64,000 nucleotides of DNA from a bacterium (lineage in GTDB: Bacteria > Patescibacteriota > Minisyncoccia > Phycocordibacterales > Phycocordibacteraceae). The notes under the pieces were generated by a model, which worked only from the letters and a program-made list of their open reading frames with translations, ran no database searches and was not told the origin of the DNA. The DNA lies in contig JAKBHL010000011.1 of the NCBI GenBank assembly GCA_021836725.1, positions 18,210 through 82,209 on the forward strand, given 5' to 3'. The position numbers and the translations under genes were made by a program. Below are positions 6,841-16,277 of the stretch, one piece after another. How positions within the stretch are numbered: position 1 is the first letter of the stretch; each line of letters starts with the position of its first letter.

Positions 6841-9242
6841 GCTTCGTGCATGGCTCCCCAATCGGTTCCGGATTTCATGAGCGCGAGTATCGGCACGCCA
6901 TGCGTTTCCCTATCGAGGAGGACGGACTCCATAATCTGTTTTATTTGCATGCCGAGCGTGTTCGTGCGAGCGGTGCGTATCTCATACACGAGCTCATCGT
7001 GCACCTGGAGAAGCAGGTGCACGTCCTCGAGCGCGTTTTCCTTCGCGAGCAGGTCGTGCACGCGTACCATCGCAAGCTTGATGATGTCCGACTGCGTTCC
7101 CTGCAACGGCGCGTTGACGGCCATGCGTTCCGCTTGGGAGCGCACATAGGGCAGAGATGACTTTATTTCCGGGAATTGCCGGCGGCGCCCGAAGAGAGTC
7201 TCGGTGTACCCGTGTTTGCGCGCGAAACCTTTCGTCTTTTCCATATAGTCGGAAAGCGTCCCGAATTGGCCGAAATACTCCTCGTAAAAAGCGTGCGCCT
7301 CGGCGGTCGTGCTGACGAGCTGTTGCCGCAGCGCGTTCACGCCCATGCCATAGAGGATGCCGAAGTTTATGACTTTCGCTCGGCGGCGCATTTCCTGGTC
7401 GACCCGCTCTGGCGCAACATGAAAGACACGGGCCGCGACTTCCGTATGCACGTCGCGGCCGGTGCGAAAAATCTCGCACAGTTTTTCATCGCCTGAGAGG
7501 ATTGCCGCAAGCCGTAATTCTATCTGCGAGTAATCGAGCGCAACGAGCGTGAAATCGGGCGACGCGATAAACGCGTGGCGTACCGCGCGCCCGCGCTCTG
7601 AATGTAGCGGGATATTCTGGAGATTCGGATTCTGGGATGCGAGGCGACCGGTTGTCGTACCGGTCTGGAGAAATTCCGCATGGAGACGGTGCTCGGCATC
7701 GAGCATCGGCGGCAGATTCTCGATATAGGTCGAGAGAAGTTTCTTCAGTTCGCGATACTCGATGATATCGCCGACAATGGGATGTGCGTCGCGGATTTTC
7801 TCGAGCTCGCTTTCGCGCGTGGAGCGCTCGCCGAGCGCGGTTTTCTTTTGCCGTTGCGGAATGAGTTTGAGCTCGTCAAAGAGCACTTCGCCGAGCTGTT
7901 TCGGCGAGCTCACGTTGAACGTGCGGCCGGCGGCGGTGTGGATGCGGCCTTCGATCGTCTTGAGTTCGGCCCGATACTTTTCGCCAAGCGTCGTGAGCAC
8001 GTTCAAATCGATAAGGATGCCGCGCGTCTCCATCGCGCGCAAAATCGGCATGAGCGGTTTCTCTATGCGCTCATACACTTCTTTCACCTTTCCGAGCCCC
8101 GTCAATTGTTTTTCAAGAGCGGCGTAGGCGCCCGCAAACGAACGTTCTTTGGTAAATGCGAGGATATCGTCCAGGGACGGATTCGTAAATTCAGAAGAGA
8201 TGAGCCAGAGCATCAGCGCGGCCTCCGCGAGCCGTGTTTGATCCACCTCCTCAGGAGCGGGTTCGGGCGGGGCGTCCGTATCTGCCGGCGCATCCTCCTG
8301 TGCGAGGCGAGCTGACGAGGATTTCGTAAGGACGTTGCGTGCCCGTTCCCGAAGCGACCGGAAACCGAGCTCGTCAAGAAGCGACAGCACTTTCCGCGTA
8401 TCGACAGTTTCTCGCCAGGACCGATCGGGAAGCGCAAAAGCGATGGGCGCATCAAGGCGTATCGTTGCAAGCGCTTTCGAGAGACGAGCTTCCTCTTCGT
8501 GTTCTTTAAGCAGTGCAATCGTGCGCGGCTTGATGCCCTTTTTGCCGAGTAGCGCTTCATTTTTTGCGAGAGCCGCGTAGAGCTTCTCGAGCGTGCCGAA
8601 GTTCGTTACGAGTTCCGTTGCGATCTTCTCGCCGATGCCGGGAACGCCTTTTATGTTATCGGAGGGATCGCCGCGCAGCCCTTTCCAGTCCGGGATGAGC
8701 TCGGGCGGGAATCCGAATCGGGCCTGCACCGCTTTCTCGTCGTAGAGAATCGTGTCCTGTATGCCCCTCTTCAGCGTGTAGACGCGCACCTGTTCATCGA
8801 CCACCAGTTGCAACGTATCCATATCGCCCGAAGCGATGATGATGTCTACTCCCTTCTCCTTTCTCAGCTCATGTGCGATGGTGCCGAGAAGATCATCGGC
8901 TTCAAATCCCTCGCGCTCGTATCGAGGGATCCCGAACGCTTCAAAAACCTTGCGCGAGGTCTGCAACTGCAGCGCGAGCGCGTCATCGGTTTTCACTCGC
9001 GTCGCTTTATAGAGCGCGTATGCTTCGTGTCGCAGGGTCGGTTTGGGCAGGTCATAGCAGGCGGCTAGGTAATCCGGCGCGAGATCGGTAATGATTTTAA
9101 GCATCATTGAAACGAGACCATAGAGCGCGCCGACCGGCGCTCCGGAGGGACTGGTGAACTCCGGAAGCGCGTGATACGCGCGGTGGATAATCGCATGCGT
9201 ATCGAGAAGCACGATGCGTTTTTTTTGTGTTGATCTAGCCAT
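6837..9242 (-). CDS. polA: DNA polymerase I (5'-3' exonuclease plus polymerase domains; 3'-5' exonuclease domain appears missing or vestigial)
   Basis: MARSTQKKRIVLLDTHAIIHRAYHAL (5' nuclease), ...RRAKVINFGILYGMG..., ...VHDELVYE... polymerase motifs. Start chosen at ATG 9242, after the tsaE stop overlap. Confidence 0.9.
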   Translation of the reverse strand: MARSTQKKRIVLLDTHAIIHRAYHALPEFTSPSGAPVGALYGLVSMMLKIITDLAPDYLAACYDLPKPTLRHEAYALYKATRVKTDDALALQLQTSRKVFEAFGIPRYEREGFEADDLLGTIAHELRKEKGVDIIIASGDMDTLQLVVDEQVRVYTLKRGIQDTILYDEKAVQARFGFPPELIPDWKGLRGDPSDNIKGVPGIGEKIATELVTNFGTLEKLYAALAKNEALLGKKGIKPRTIALLKEHEEEARLSKALATIRLDAPIAFALPDRSWRETVDTRKVLSLLDELGFRSLRERARNVLTKSSSARLAQEDAPADTDAPPEPAPEEVDQTRLAEAALMLWLISSEFTNPSLDDILAFTKERSFAGAYAALEKQLTGLGKVKEVYERIEKPLMPILRAMETRGILIDLNVLTTLGEKYRAELKTIEGRIHTAAGRTFNVSSPKQLGEVLFDELKLIPQRQKKTALGERSTRESELEKIRDAHPIVGDIIEYRELKKLLSTYIENLPPMLDAEHRLHAEFLQTGTTTGRLASQNPNLQNIPLHSERGRAVRHAFIASPDFTLVALDYSQIELRLAAILSGDEKLCEIFRTGRDVHTEVAARVFHVAPERVDQEMRRRAKVINFGILYGMGVNALRQQLVSTTAEAHAFYEEYFGQFGTLSDYMEKTKGFARKHGYTETLFGRRRQFPEIKSSLPYVRSQAERMAVNAPLQGTQSDIIKLAMVRVHDLLAKENALEDVHLLLQVHDELVYEIRTARTNTLGMQIKQIMESVLLDRETHGVPILALMKSGTDWGAMHEA

Positions 9243-9678
9243 AGACAAGGATGCGCGAACCGTCCGGAAGCGCCGTAAGCGCGATACGGACAGCTGGCTC
9301 GGGTAGCCGATCGGAAACTTTTTCCGGCCACTCGAGGAGGATGAGATTCTCGGCGTCACGCATGAGCTCGTCGAACCCGAGCGCGGCGAGATCGGCGCCC
9401 GAGTCGAGCCGATACGCGTCAATATGGATGAGATGCTTAAAATGCTTGCCGTCGGGAAGTCTGTAGATTTTCTCAAGTACGAACGTTGGGCTACTCACCG
9501 TCTCTTCGACGGAAAGCGAGCGTGCAACCGCCTGGACGAAAGCGGTCTTCCCCGCCCCAAGCTCGCCTGAAAGCGTGATCAGCGTTGCCGTCTGCGCGTT
9601 TGGCGACAGAGCGCTTGCGAATGCGCCGGCTTCAAGCGAAAGCGCTTCGATGTCCGTTATGTGCGCATTTCTTTCCAT
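9235..9678 (-). CDS. tsaE: tRNA threonylcarbamoyladenosine biosynthesis protein TsaE
   Basis: P-loop TLSGELGAGKT in a ~148-aa protein. ATG is the complement of 9676-9678. Confidence 0.8.
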   Translation of the reverse strand: MERNAHITDIEALSLEAGAFASALSPNAQTATLITLSGELGAGKTAFVQAVARSLSVEETVSSPTFVLEKIYRLPDGKHFKHLIHIDAYRLDSGADLAALGFDELMRDAENLILLEWPEKVSDRLPEPAVRIALTALPDGSRILVYG

Positions 9679-9770
9679 GCATGGATTGTACCGCCGAATG
9701 GAAAATACGCCCGTCCTTCCGAAAGGACGGCGCACCTGCCGAGGGCGCGTAGCGATGGTATGATTCCCTC

Positions 9771-11441
9771 ATGGATTTGCCATTTGATGCCGAGCGCACG
9801 ACGAGAAAGCTTGCCGAAGTGCGTGAACAGGAAGAAGAGGACCTCACGCGCATCCTCTCGGAAAAGTACGCCATCCCTTACACCGACCTCTCGCTCCACG
9901 CGGTTGACGTCGAGGCGCTCCGCACGATCCCCGAAGAGAAAGCGCGGGCGGCCGAAGCGGCCGCTTTCGCCCGTACCGCAGAGGATCTTTCTCTCGCAGT
10001 CCATAATCCGAATAACCCGGCGCTTGCGGAACTTCGTGCCGAGCTCGCGCAAAACGGCTTCCGGGTTCGGGAATTCTTCGTTTCAAAAAAAGGCCTCGAT
10101 AAGGTGCTATCGCGTTATAGCGAGCTCTCTTTCGCGACAAAATCGAAGACGGGCGTCTTCGTTGTCCCGGAAAACGTATCCGCTGAGTTCGCGAAGGGAT
10201 CAGCGACCCGGGCGTCATTGGACCGGAAACTCACCGAGGCGGCCGCTTCCAAATCGCTTGAGCACGTCTCGAATCTCCTTGAAACCATTTTCGCGGGCGC
10301 GTTTGCGCTTCGCGCTTCTGACATTCATTTCGAGCCGGAAGAAAAAGAGACGCGTTTGCGCTTGCGGATTGACGGGCTTCTTGCCGACGCGCATTCCTTC
10401 GACCCGAATATTTCCCACCAGCTTAATTCGCGCCTGAAGCTTCTTTCGGGCGTGAAGCTCAATGTCACCAATCGGGCGCAAGACGGCCGTTTCAGCGTGT
10501 CGCGTTCGAGCGGCGAATTGGAGATGCGCGCTTCTTTTATTCCGGGCAAATACGGCGAAGCGATTGTGCTGCGCATTCTCGACCCCGAAACGACCAAGGT
10601 TTCCTATAAAGAGCTCGGTATCAACCCGAAGCTGCTCGCGCGCCTCGAAAAAGAGATCCGACGGTCAAACGGGATGCTGCTCACCACCGGCCCGACCGGA
10701 AGCGGTAAGACGACTACGTTGTATTCTTTCCTGCGAGAGATTTACGCGCCGGAAATAAAAATAATCACCATTGAAGATCCTATCGAATATCATCTGCGCG
10801 GTATCGTGCAAACGCAGGTGGAGGATAAGAAATACACTTTCGCCGAAGGGCTTCGCTCCATCGTGCGCCAGGACCCGGATATCATCATGGTCGGCGAGAT
10901 CCGAGACGGCGAGACGGCGAATATCGCCATCCAGGCGGCGCTCACGGGCCACTTCGTCTTCTCCACGCTCCACACCAACGACGCGGCCGGTACGTTCCCG
11001 CGTCTTGCCGATCTGGGCGCCGATCCGAAATCGTTCGGGTCGGCGGTTACCGTTTCGATGGCGCAGCGTCTTCTCCGGAAACTTGATCCCGACACAAAGA
11101 AGGAGAGAGCGCTCACGGACGAAGAGAAGCGGATAATCGCAAAAGTATTCGATTCGCTTGCCGACAAGACGCTTATTCCGGAAAAGATAGAGACGGTGTG
11201 GGAAGCGGCCCCTGCGCATGCCGAAGAGACCGGTTATAAAGGCCGCATCGGTCTCTATGAGGCCATTTTCATGGATGATGAGCTCGCGGAATTCTTGCGC
11301 GACAATCCTCCCGCAAACGAAATTGCGAAAGTCGCTGCAAAAAAGGGGTACCTGACCATGGCGCAAGACGGCATACTGAAAGCTCTCGCGGGCATCACCT
11401 CTCTCTCGGAGGTGGCCGCGACCGTTGATCTGCCGCAATAA
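9771..11441 (+). CDS. GspE/PilB-family secretion/pilus assembly ATPase (standalone copy)
   Basis: Walker A LLTTGPTGSGKTTTLY, Asp box, His box (FSTLHTN), and an N-terminal GspE-N-like domain. Confidence 0.85.
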   Translation: MDLPFDAERTTRKLAEVREQEEEDLTRILSEKYAIPYTDLSLHAVDVEALRTIPEEKARAAEAAAFARTAEDLSLAVHNPNNPALAELRAELAQNGFRVREFFVSKKGLDKVLSRYSELSFATKSKTGVFVVPENVSAEFAKGSATRASLDRKLTEAAASKSLEHVSNLLETIFAGAFALRASDIHFEPEEKETRLRLRIDGLLADAHSFDPNISHQLNSRLKLLSGVKLNVTNRAQDGRFSVSRSSGELEMRASFIPGKYGEAIVLRILDPETTKVSYKELGINPKLLARLEKEIRRSNGMLLTTGPTGSGKTTTLYSFLREIYAPEIKIITIEDPIEYHLRGIVQTQVEDKKYTFAEGLRSIVRQDPDIIMVGEIRDGETANIAIQAALTGHFVFSTLHTNDAAGTFPRLADLGADPKSFGSAVTVSMAQRLLRKLDPDTKKERALTDEEKRIIAKVFDSLADKTLIPEKIETVWEAAPAHAEETGYKGRIGLYEAIFMDDELAEFLRDNPPANEIAKVAAKKGYLTMAQDGILKALAGITSLSEVAATVDLPQ

Positions 11442-11442
11442 C

Positions 11443-11476
11443 AAAGACCGCGGGAACACCGCGGTCTTTGCTTTCC
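11443..11476 (+). terminator. intrinsic terminator after the PilB-like gene
   Basis: aaagaccgcgg-gaacac-ccgcggtcttt stem followed by gctttcc. Confidence 0.6.
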
Positions 11477-11672
11477 CGCACATACTCCTCCAGGCAGAAC
11501 CCGCAGTAACGCGGGGTAGACAAAACACCTGAGGAGATTCCCAGAACCGCCGCCCGAAAGCAGCAGCCCAGAAAGTCCTTGGGGAGTCGCCCTGAAGCCG
11601 TCAAGCCTTGCCCAGAGGAGTATGAACAGGAACAAGAAAACTGTGATAGAATGCTAGCACTACACCATTTAT

Positions 11673-12653
11673 ATGTCAACCCCTCCGCGAAAGTCCGAGC
11701 CCCTTCCCCAAGCGCTCGATGCTGCGCTCCGGCCGGCGCATTGGGATGACTATGTCGGTCAGAAACAGATAAAAGCGAATATACGCATCGCCATTGACGC
11801 CGCTAAAAAGCGCGGCGGGATGCCCGAGCATATCCTCTTCTACGGCCCGCCGGGAGTCGGGAAAACGACCCTTGCCCATCTTGTCGCCGCGACGCTCGGA
11901 TCCCAGCTCAAAAGCACCTCCGGAGTTGCCATAGAGCGTGCCGGAGATCTTGCGGCGATACTTACCGCTCTCGAACCGAATACGGTTCTTTTTATCGACG
12001 AGATTCACCGCCTCTCGCGCAAAATCGAGGAACTTCTCTACCCCGCGCTCGAGTCTGGGCATCTCGACATTGTGCTGGGGAAAGGTCCCTCGGCGCGTAC
12101 CGTCGAACTCGCGCTTCCGCCTTTCATGCTCATCGGCGCGACAACGCGCGTCGCGGAGCTGTCGGGCCCGCTGCGTTCCCGTTTCGGCGGCGGCGTGTAC
12201 CAGCTCGATTTTTACAGTGACGACGACTTGCGCGACATCATCCGCCGCTCGGCTCTCCTTCTGGAGCTTTCGGCTCCCGAGGAAGTCATTGAACGCATCG
12301 CGGCGCGCAGTCGCGCCACCCCCCGCGTCGCGAATGCGCTTCTGAAACGCGTGCGCGACTTTTCCGAAGTGCATGAGCGCGCGCTCTCCGCCGCGCTCTG
12401 CGATGAGGCATGTGCGCTTTTTGGCATTGATTCATGCGGGCTGACAAAAGATGACCGCCGCTATCTCCTTACGCTCGCCGAGGGTTTCCGCGGCGGCCCT
12501 GCGGGTATCCGCGCGCTCGCGGCTGCTTTGCATGAAGACCCCGACACGGTTGAGTACATGTACGAGCCTTTTTTGCTTCGACTTGGTTTTATCGAACGCT
12601 CCGCACGCGGCCGCGTGCTCACCTCAAAAGGCCGTTCCTATCTCCAAAACTGA
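11673..12653 (+). CDS. ruvB: Holliday junction DNA helicase RuvB
   Basis: HILFYGPPGVGKTTLAHLVA Walker A, LFIDEIHRL, sensor motifs. An extended -10 element tgtgatagaat sits at 11642-11652. Confidence 0.95.
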   Translation: MSTPPRKSEPLPQALDAALRPAHWDDYVGQKQIKANIRIAIDAAKKRGGMPEHILFYGPPGVGKTTLAHLVAATLGSQLKSTSGVAIERAGDLAAILTALEPNTVLFIDEIHRLSRKIEELLYPALESGHLDIVLGKGPSARTVELALPPFMLIGATTRVAELSGPLRSRFGGGVYQLDFYSDDDLRDIIRRSALLLELSAPEEVIERIAARSRATPRVANALLKRVRDFSEVHERALSAALCDEACALFGIDSCGLTKDDRRYLLTLAEGFRGGPAGIRALAAALHEDPDTVEYMYEPFLLRLGFIERSARGRVLTSKGRSYLQN

Positions 12654-12693
12654 CTCGCACCGCGCGGTGCTCCGTATTTGCTATAGTGCAGGC

Positions 12694-13251
12694 ATGTCAG
12701 GGCACAGCAAATGGTCTCAAATCAAGAGACAGAAATCGGCAACCGATGCGGCAAAAAGCCGGATTTTTGCGCGCTACGCGCGCCTGATAGCCCTTGAATC
12801 GAAAAAAGCCGCGGGAAATGCCTCGGCGCCATCCCTATCCGTTGCCATTTCCCGAGCAAAAGCGGCGAATATGCCGAAAGAAAATATAGAGCGGGCAGTG
12901 GCGAAAGGAATGGCAAAAGATTCCGGCGACTTTGAGCGGGTACTCTACGAAGCGTTCGGCCCGGGTGGCGCCGCACTGCTCATTGACGCGCTCACCGACA
13001 ACAAGAATCGTACGACGCAAGAGATAAAACACTTGCTTATAACGCATGGGGTCGAACTCTCCGCCCCGGGCGCGGCAAGCTGGGCTTTCAGCAAGACCTC
13101 GGACGGTTCCTATGCGCCGCATGAACCGTATGTCGATGTCGTCGGTCCCGATGAGGAACGGCTCGAGACCATCCTGACGGAGCTCGACGAACATGCCGAT
13201 GTGCAGAGGGTGTTTAGCAATGCGCGGGGTTATGAGAATACTGGCGATTGA
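12694..13251 (+). CDS. yebC: YebC/PmpR-family DNA-binding regulator
   Basis: MSGHSKWSQIKRQKSATDAAKS... is the canonical YebC N-terminus. Confidence 0.9.
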   Translation: MSGHSKWSQIKRQKSATDAAKSRIFARYARLIALESKKAAGNASAPSLSVAISRAKAANMPKENIERAVAKGMAKDSGDFERVLYEAFGPGGAALLIDALTDNKNRTTQEIKHLLITHGVELSAPGAASWAFSKTSDGSYAPHEPYVDVVGPDEERLETILTELDEHADVQRVFSNARGYENTGD

Positions 13252-13708
13252 TCCTGGGTACGATCGCCTCGGCATCGCGGTCATCGAAGGCAATCCGTCG
13301 CGTCCGACGCTCCTTTGGAGCGATTGTGTGCTGCCGGAGAAAGGCGCGCCCGAGCGCCGTCTCGCCGATGTCACCGGTGCCGTCACTGCTGCGCTTCATG
13401 CTTATGCGCCCGATGCGCTTGCTATCGAGACGCTCTTTTTTGGGAAAAATAAAAAAACCGCGCTCGGCGTTGCGGAGGCGCGCGGCGCGGTTTTTGCCGC
13501 CGCCGGCATGGTTTCGGTTCCGGTCGTGGAATATTCTCCGCAACAGATAAAACTCGCGGTTACCGGCTACGGCGGCGCGAACAAAACCGCAATCGCGCAG
13601 ATGATTCCCCGGCTTCTCTCGCTCTCCGAGAAAAAACGGATGGATGATGAAATCGATGCTATAGCCATCGGCATCACCGCGCTTGCCGTCGGATCTCAAA
13701 AACACTAA
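13232..13708 (+). CDS. ruvC: crossover junction endodeoxyribonuclease RuvC
   Basis: MRILAIDPGYDRLGIAVIEG...AIETLFF...DAIAIGITAL. The start overlaps the yebC 3' end. Confidence 0.85.
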   Translation: MRILAIDPGYDRLGIAVIEGNPSRPTLLWSDCVLPEKGAPERRLADVTGAVTAALHAYAPDALAIETLFFGKNKKTALGVAEARGAVFAAAGMVSVPVVEYSPQQIKLAVTGYGGANKTAIAQMIPRLLSLSEKKRMDDEIDAIAIGITALAVGSQKH

Positions 13709-13866
13709 ACCCATCTCAAACCCCCGCTCCCCCGCGAAGGGCATGCGGCAGAAAGAGGCTTACGGAGCGCGGCGGCGCGAGTACGAGCCGCTTTTTCAGC
13801 AGAAAAAGACGGCGTACTCCTTTCTGCCGCATGCCCTTCGCGGGGGTTTTGATTGTTCTAATCCAC
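13709..13866 (+). mobile_element. MITE-like palindromic repeat, copy A
   Basis: ccatctcaaaccccc...gggggttttgattg terminal inverted repeats with internal nested palindromes (gcgaagggcatgcggcagaaag...ctttctgccgcatgcccttcgc). Related copies lie at 29527, 45021, 49410 (partial) and 51088. Confidence 0.7.
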
Positions 13867-13956
13867 ACCAGGGAAGAAAAGTGCTTGCATTGGTAATTTT
13901 TTTTGCTCAAATATATGCGCCCCTTGTCGCGGGGTTAAATCAAATAATGTATTCGC

Positions 13957-14049
13957 ATGGACGAGGATGAAATTCGTGAAGAGGACGATCTGTATGACGA
14001 AGAGGACGAGTTGGAGAGTCCTGACGAGGAGGAAGACGAGCAGTATTGA
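13957..14049 (+). CDS. possible 29-aa highly acidic peptide (MDEDEIREEDDLYDEEDELESPDEEEDEQY)
   Basis: ATG...TGA ORF with 19 of 29 residues D/E, and no obvious SD. It is followed by a perfect 16-bp-stem hairpin (14065-14097) just upstream of PBP1A. Coding status is uncertain. Confidence 0.2.
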   Translation: MDEDEIREEDDLYDEEDELESPDEEEDEQY

Positions 14050-14111
14050 ATACGAGCGTTCCTGCATGCGCGGCCCGGTATTACCGGGCCGCGCATGGTA
14101 GCATACGCACT

Positions 14112-16271
14112 ATGGTCTCATTCCGGCATACATCATGGCGGCACGTTTTTTTGGCGATTACTCTCGCATTCTTCGGGCTCGGATTTCTTGCGGCGGGCGG
14201 TATCCTCATTGCCGTCATCCTTACGCCGGCGCCCGATATCGGCTCTTTCGCCGCGCGCCAGGTTGATCAGTCCACCAAGATTTACGATCGCACCGGCCAG
14301 GTATTGTTGTACGACTACAATCGGGACGCGAAACGGAATGTCGTCCCGCTTTCGGCCATAGCGCCGAATGCCATAAACGCGACCGTCGCGATCGAGGATT
14401 CGAGTTTTTACGAGCATGGGGCAATCCGCATCACGTCGATTATCCGCGCGATGCTTGCCGACATTTTCAGCGGTTCGCTTTCCCAGGGCGGTTCAACCAT
14501 CACGCAACAGGTTGTAAAAAACACTCTCCTCACCGATACGAAAAGCATCATCCGTAAGATACACGAGTTGGTGCTGGCGATAAAACTTGAACAGGTGTAT
14601 TCGAAAAACCAGATTTTGGCGACGTATCTTAACGATATACCGTACGGAGGAACGTTGTACGGCATTGATGCCGCTGCGGAAGCGTATTTCAATATCCCCG
14701 CAAAAGATCTTTCTCTGGCACAATCGGCGTATCTTGCGGCGATGATTCAAGCTCCGACGTATTACTCTCCGTACGGTACGCACCGCGCAGAACTCGATGC
14801 CCGGAAAAATCTTGTCCTTGAGCGGATGCATACGCTCGGTTTTATAGATACCGCCGCCTACACCGCGGCGAAGAACGAGGTGGTCTCTTTTGCTCCGGCA
14901 GGTCATAACTCGATCATTGCCCCGCATTTCGTCTTTTATATCCTCAATCAGCTCGAACAGACCTATGGACCGAACGCGCTCGTCTCGGGACTGAAGGTGA
15001 CGACGACCCTTGACGCGAATCTTGAGCTGCAGGCGGAATCGATCGTGCATCAGTATGCGCCGGGAAATGAAAAGGATTTCAAGGCCTCAAACGCTTCGTT
15101 GGTCGCTATTGATCCGCCCACGGGGCAAATACTGGCAATGGTCGGTTCGCGGAATTTTTTCGATACCAAGATTGACGGGCAGTTCAATTCCGCGCTCGCA
15201 TTGCGGCAACCCGGCTCAACGATGAAGCCCTTTATCTATGCGCTCGCCCTTATGAAGGGTTATACGCGCGATACGGTCGTATTTGATGTACCAACACAGT
15301 TTTCAACCGCTTGCCCGATTTCTGCAGTCACCGACAGCACTCCGCCCTGCTATGCGCCGGTCGATTATGACAACAGGTTCCGGGGGCCGATGACTTTCGA
15401 GACCGCCTTGGCCCAATCGATCAATGTTCCTGCGGTCAAAGTGCTGTATCTGGTCGGCATACAAAATGCCATCAACTTGGCAAAATCGTTCGGCTTGACC
15501 TCGCTTGGCGACCCGAATCAATACGGCCTTACCTTAGTGCTTGGCGGAGGCGAGGTGCGCCTTCTTGACCTTGTGGGCGCTTACGCGGCATTCGCTAATG
15601 ATGGCGTGAAGAATACGCCCACTGGCATCCTTGAGGTCGATAATTCGCAGGGACAGGTTCTTCAGAAATATACTCCTCAGCCGGTGCGTGTGATTCCGGC
15701 GCATATCGCGCGCGACATATCGGCGATGCTCTCGGATGCTCCCGCGCGCTTGCCGGAATATTCGCTTAATTCACCGCTTTCTTTCCCGGGATACGACGTT
15801 GCGGTTAAGACCGGTACGACCAATGATACGCGCGACGCATGGGTGATCGGTTATTCTCCTTCGATAGCGCTCGGCGTGTGGGCCGGCAATAACAACGATA
15901 CTCCTATGGTGAAGTCGATCGCGGGTTTCATTGCGGCACCAATGTGGCATGCGGCGATGGCGTACGCGCTTTCAAAATATCCGAAGATGTATTTCGGAGA
16001 ACCGGATCCTATCCCGGCCACCGTGCCTCCGATGCTCCAAGGGAATTGGCGCATACCGGATAAAAACGGCATGATCGTACCGCACAGCCTGTTGTACTGG
16101 GTCGATAAAAATAATCCGCTCGGACCGCCGCCTGTAAACCCTTCGAGTGACCCACAATTCGCGTACTGGGAGTACGGTATTTCGGCATGGTACGCTTCTC
16201 ATCCGAACGATTTCTCCGGCGGAGTCATGCTTCCGGTCCCCCTCTCGACCGCCGCAACGACCACGCCCTAA
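14112..16271 (+). CDS. mrcA: bifunctional class A penicillin-binding protein (transglycosylase/transpeptidase, PBP1A)
   Basis: TM anchor, a GT51 motif (GGSTITQQVVKN), transpeptidase SxxK (PGSTMKPF) and KTGT. Start chosen at the in-frame ATG 14112 rather than the track's TTG at 14046. Confidence 0.9.
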   Translation: MVSFRHTSWRHVFLAITLAFFGLGFLAAGGILIAVILTPAPDIGSFAARQVDQSTKIYDRTGQVLLYDYNRDAKRNVVPLSAIAPNAINATVAIEDSSFYEHGAIRITSIIRAMLADIFSGSLSQGGSTITQQVVKNTLLTDTKSIIRKIHELVLAIKLEQVYSKNQILATYLNDIPYGGTLYGIDAAAEAYFNIPAKDLSLAQSAYLAAMIQAPTYYSPYGTHRAELDARKNLVLERMHTLGFIDTAAYTAAKNEVVSFAPAGHNSIIAPHFVFYILNQLEQTYGPNALVSGLKVTTTLDANLELQAESIVHQYAPGNEKDFKASNASLVAIDPPTGQILAMVGSRNFFDTKIDGQFNSALALRQPGSTMKPFIYALALMKGYTRDTVVFDVPTQFSTACPISAVTDSTPPCYAPVDYDNRFRGPMTFETALAQSINVPAVKVLYLVGIQNAINLAKSFGLTSLGDPNQYGLTLVLGGGEVRLLDLVGAYAAFANDGVKNTPTGILEVDNSQGQVLQKYTPQPVRVIPAHIARDISAMLSDAPARLPEYSLNSPLSFPGYDVAVKTGTTNDTRDAWVIGYSPSIALGVWAGNNNDTPMVKSIAGFIAAPMWHAAMAYALSKYPKMYFGEPDPIPATVPPMLQGNWRIPDKNGMIVPHSLLYWVDKNNPLGPPPVNPSSDPQFAYWEYGISAWYASHPNDFSGGVMLPVPLSTAATTTP

Positions 16272-16277
16272 TTTAAT

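Noticed and set aside
13683-13970. Small ORFs inside MITE copies encoding a recurring peptide MRQKEAYGARRR(E/K)(Y/F)E.L..QKKTAYSFL.H.LRGG (also at 45107-45163 and 51121-51240)
   Set aside because: The peptide recurs only because the nucleotide repeat recurs. Differences between copies are mostly non-synonymous or compensatory for the palindrome, so they do not suggest purifying selection on a protein. Mirror ORFs appear on both strands of the palindrome.
14046-14111. TTG start at 14046 for PBP1A as given by the ORF track
   Set aside because: That start would translate through the perfect 16-bp hairpin and add 22 non-hydrophobic residues. The in-frame ATG at 14112 immediately precedes the TM anchor.
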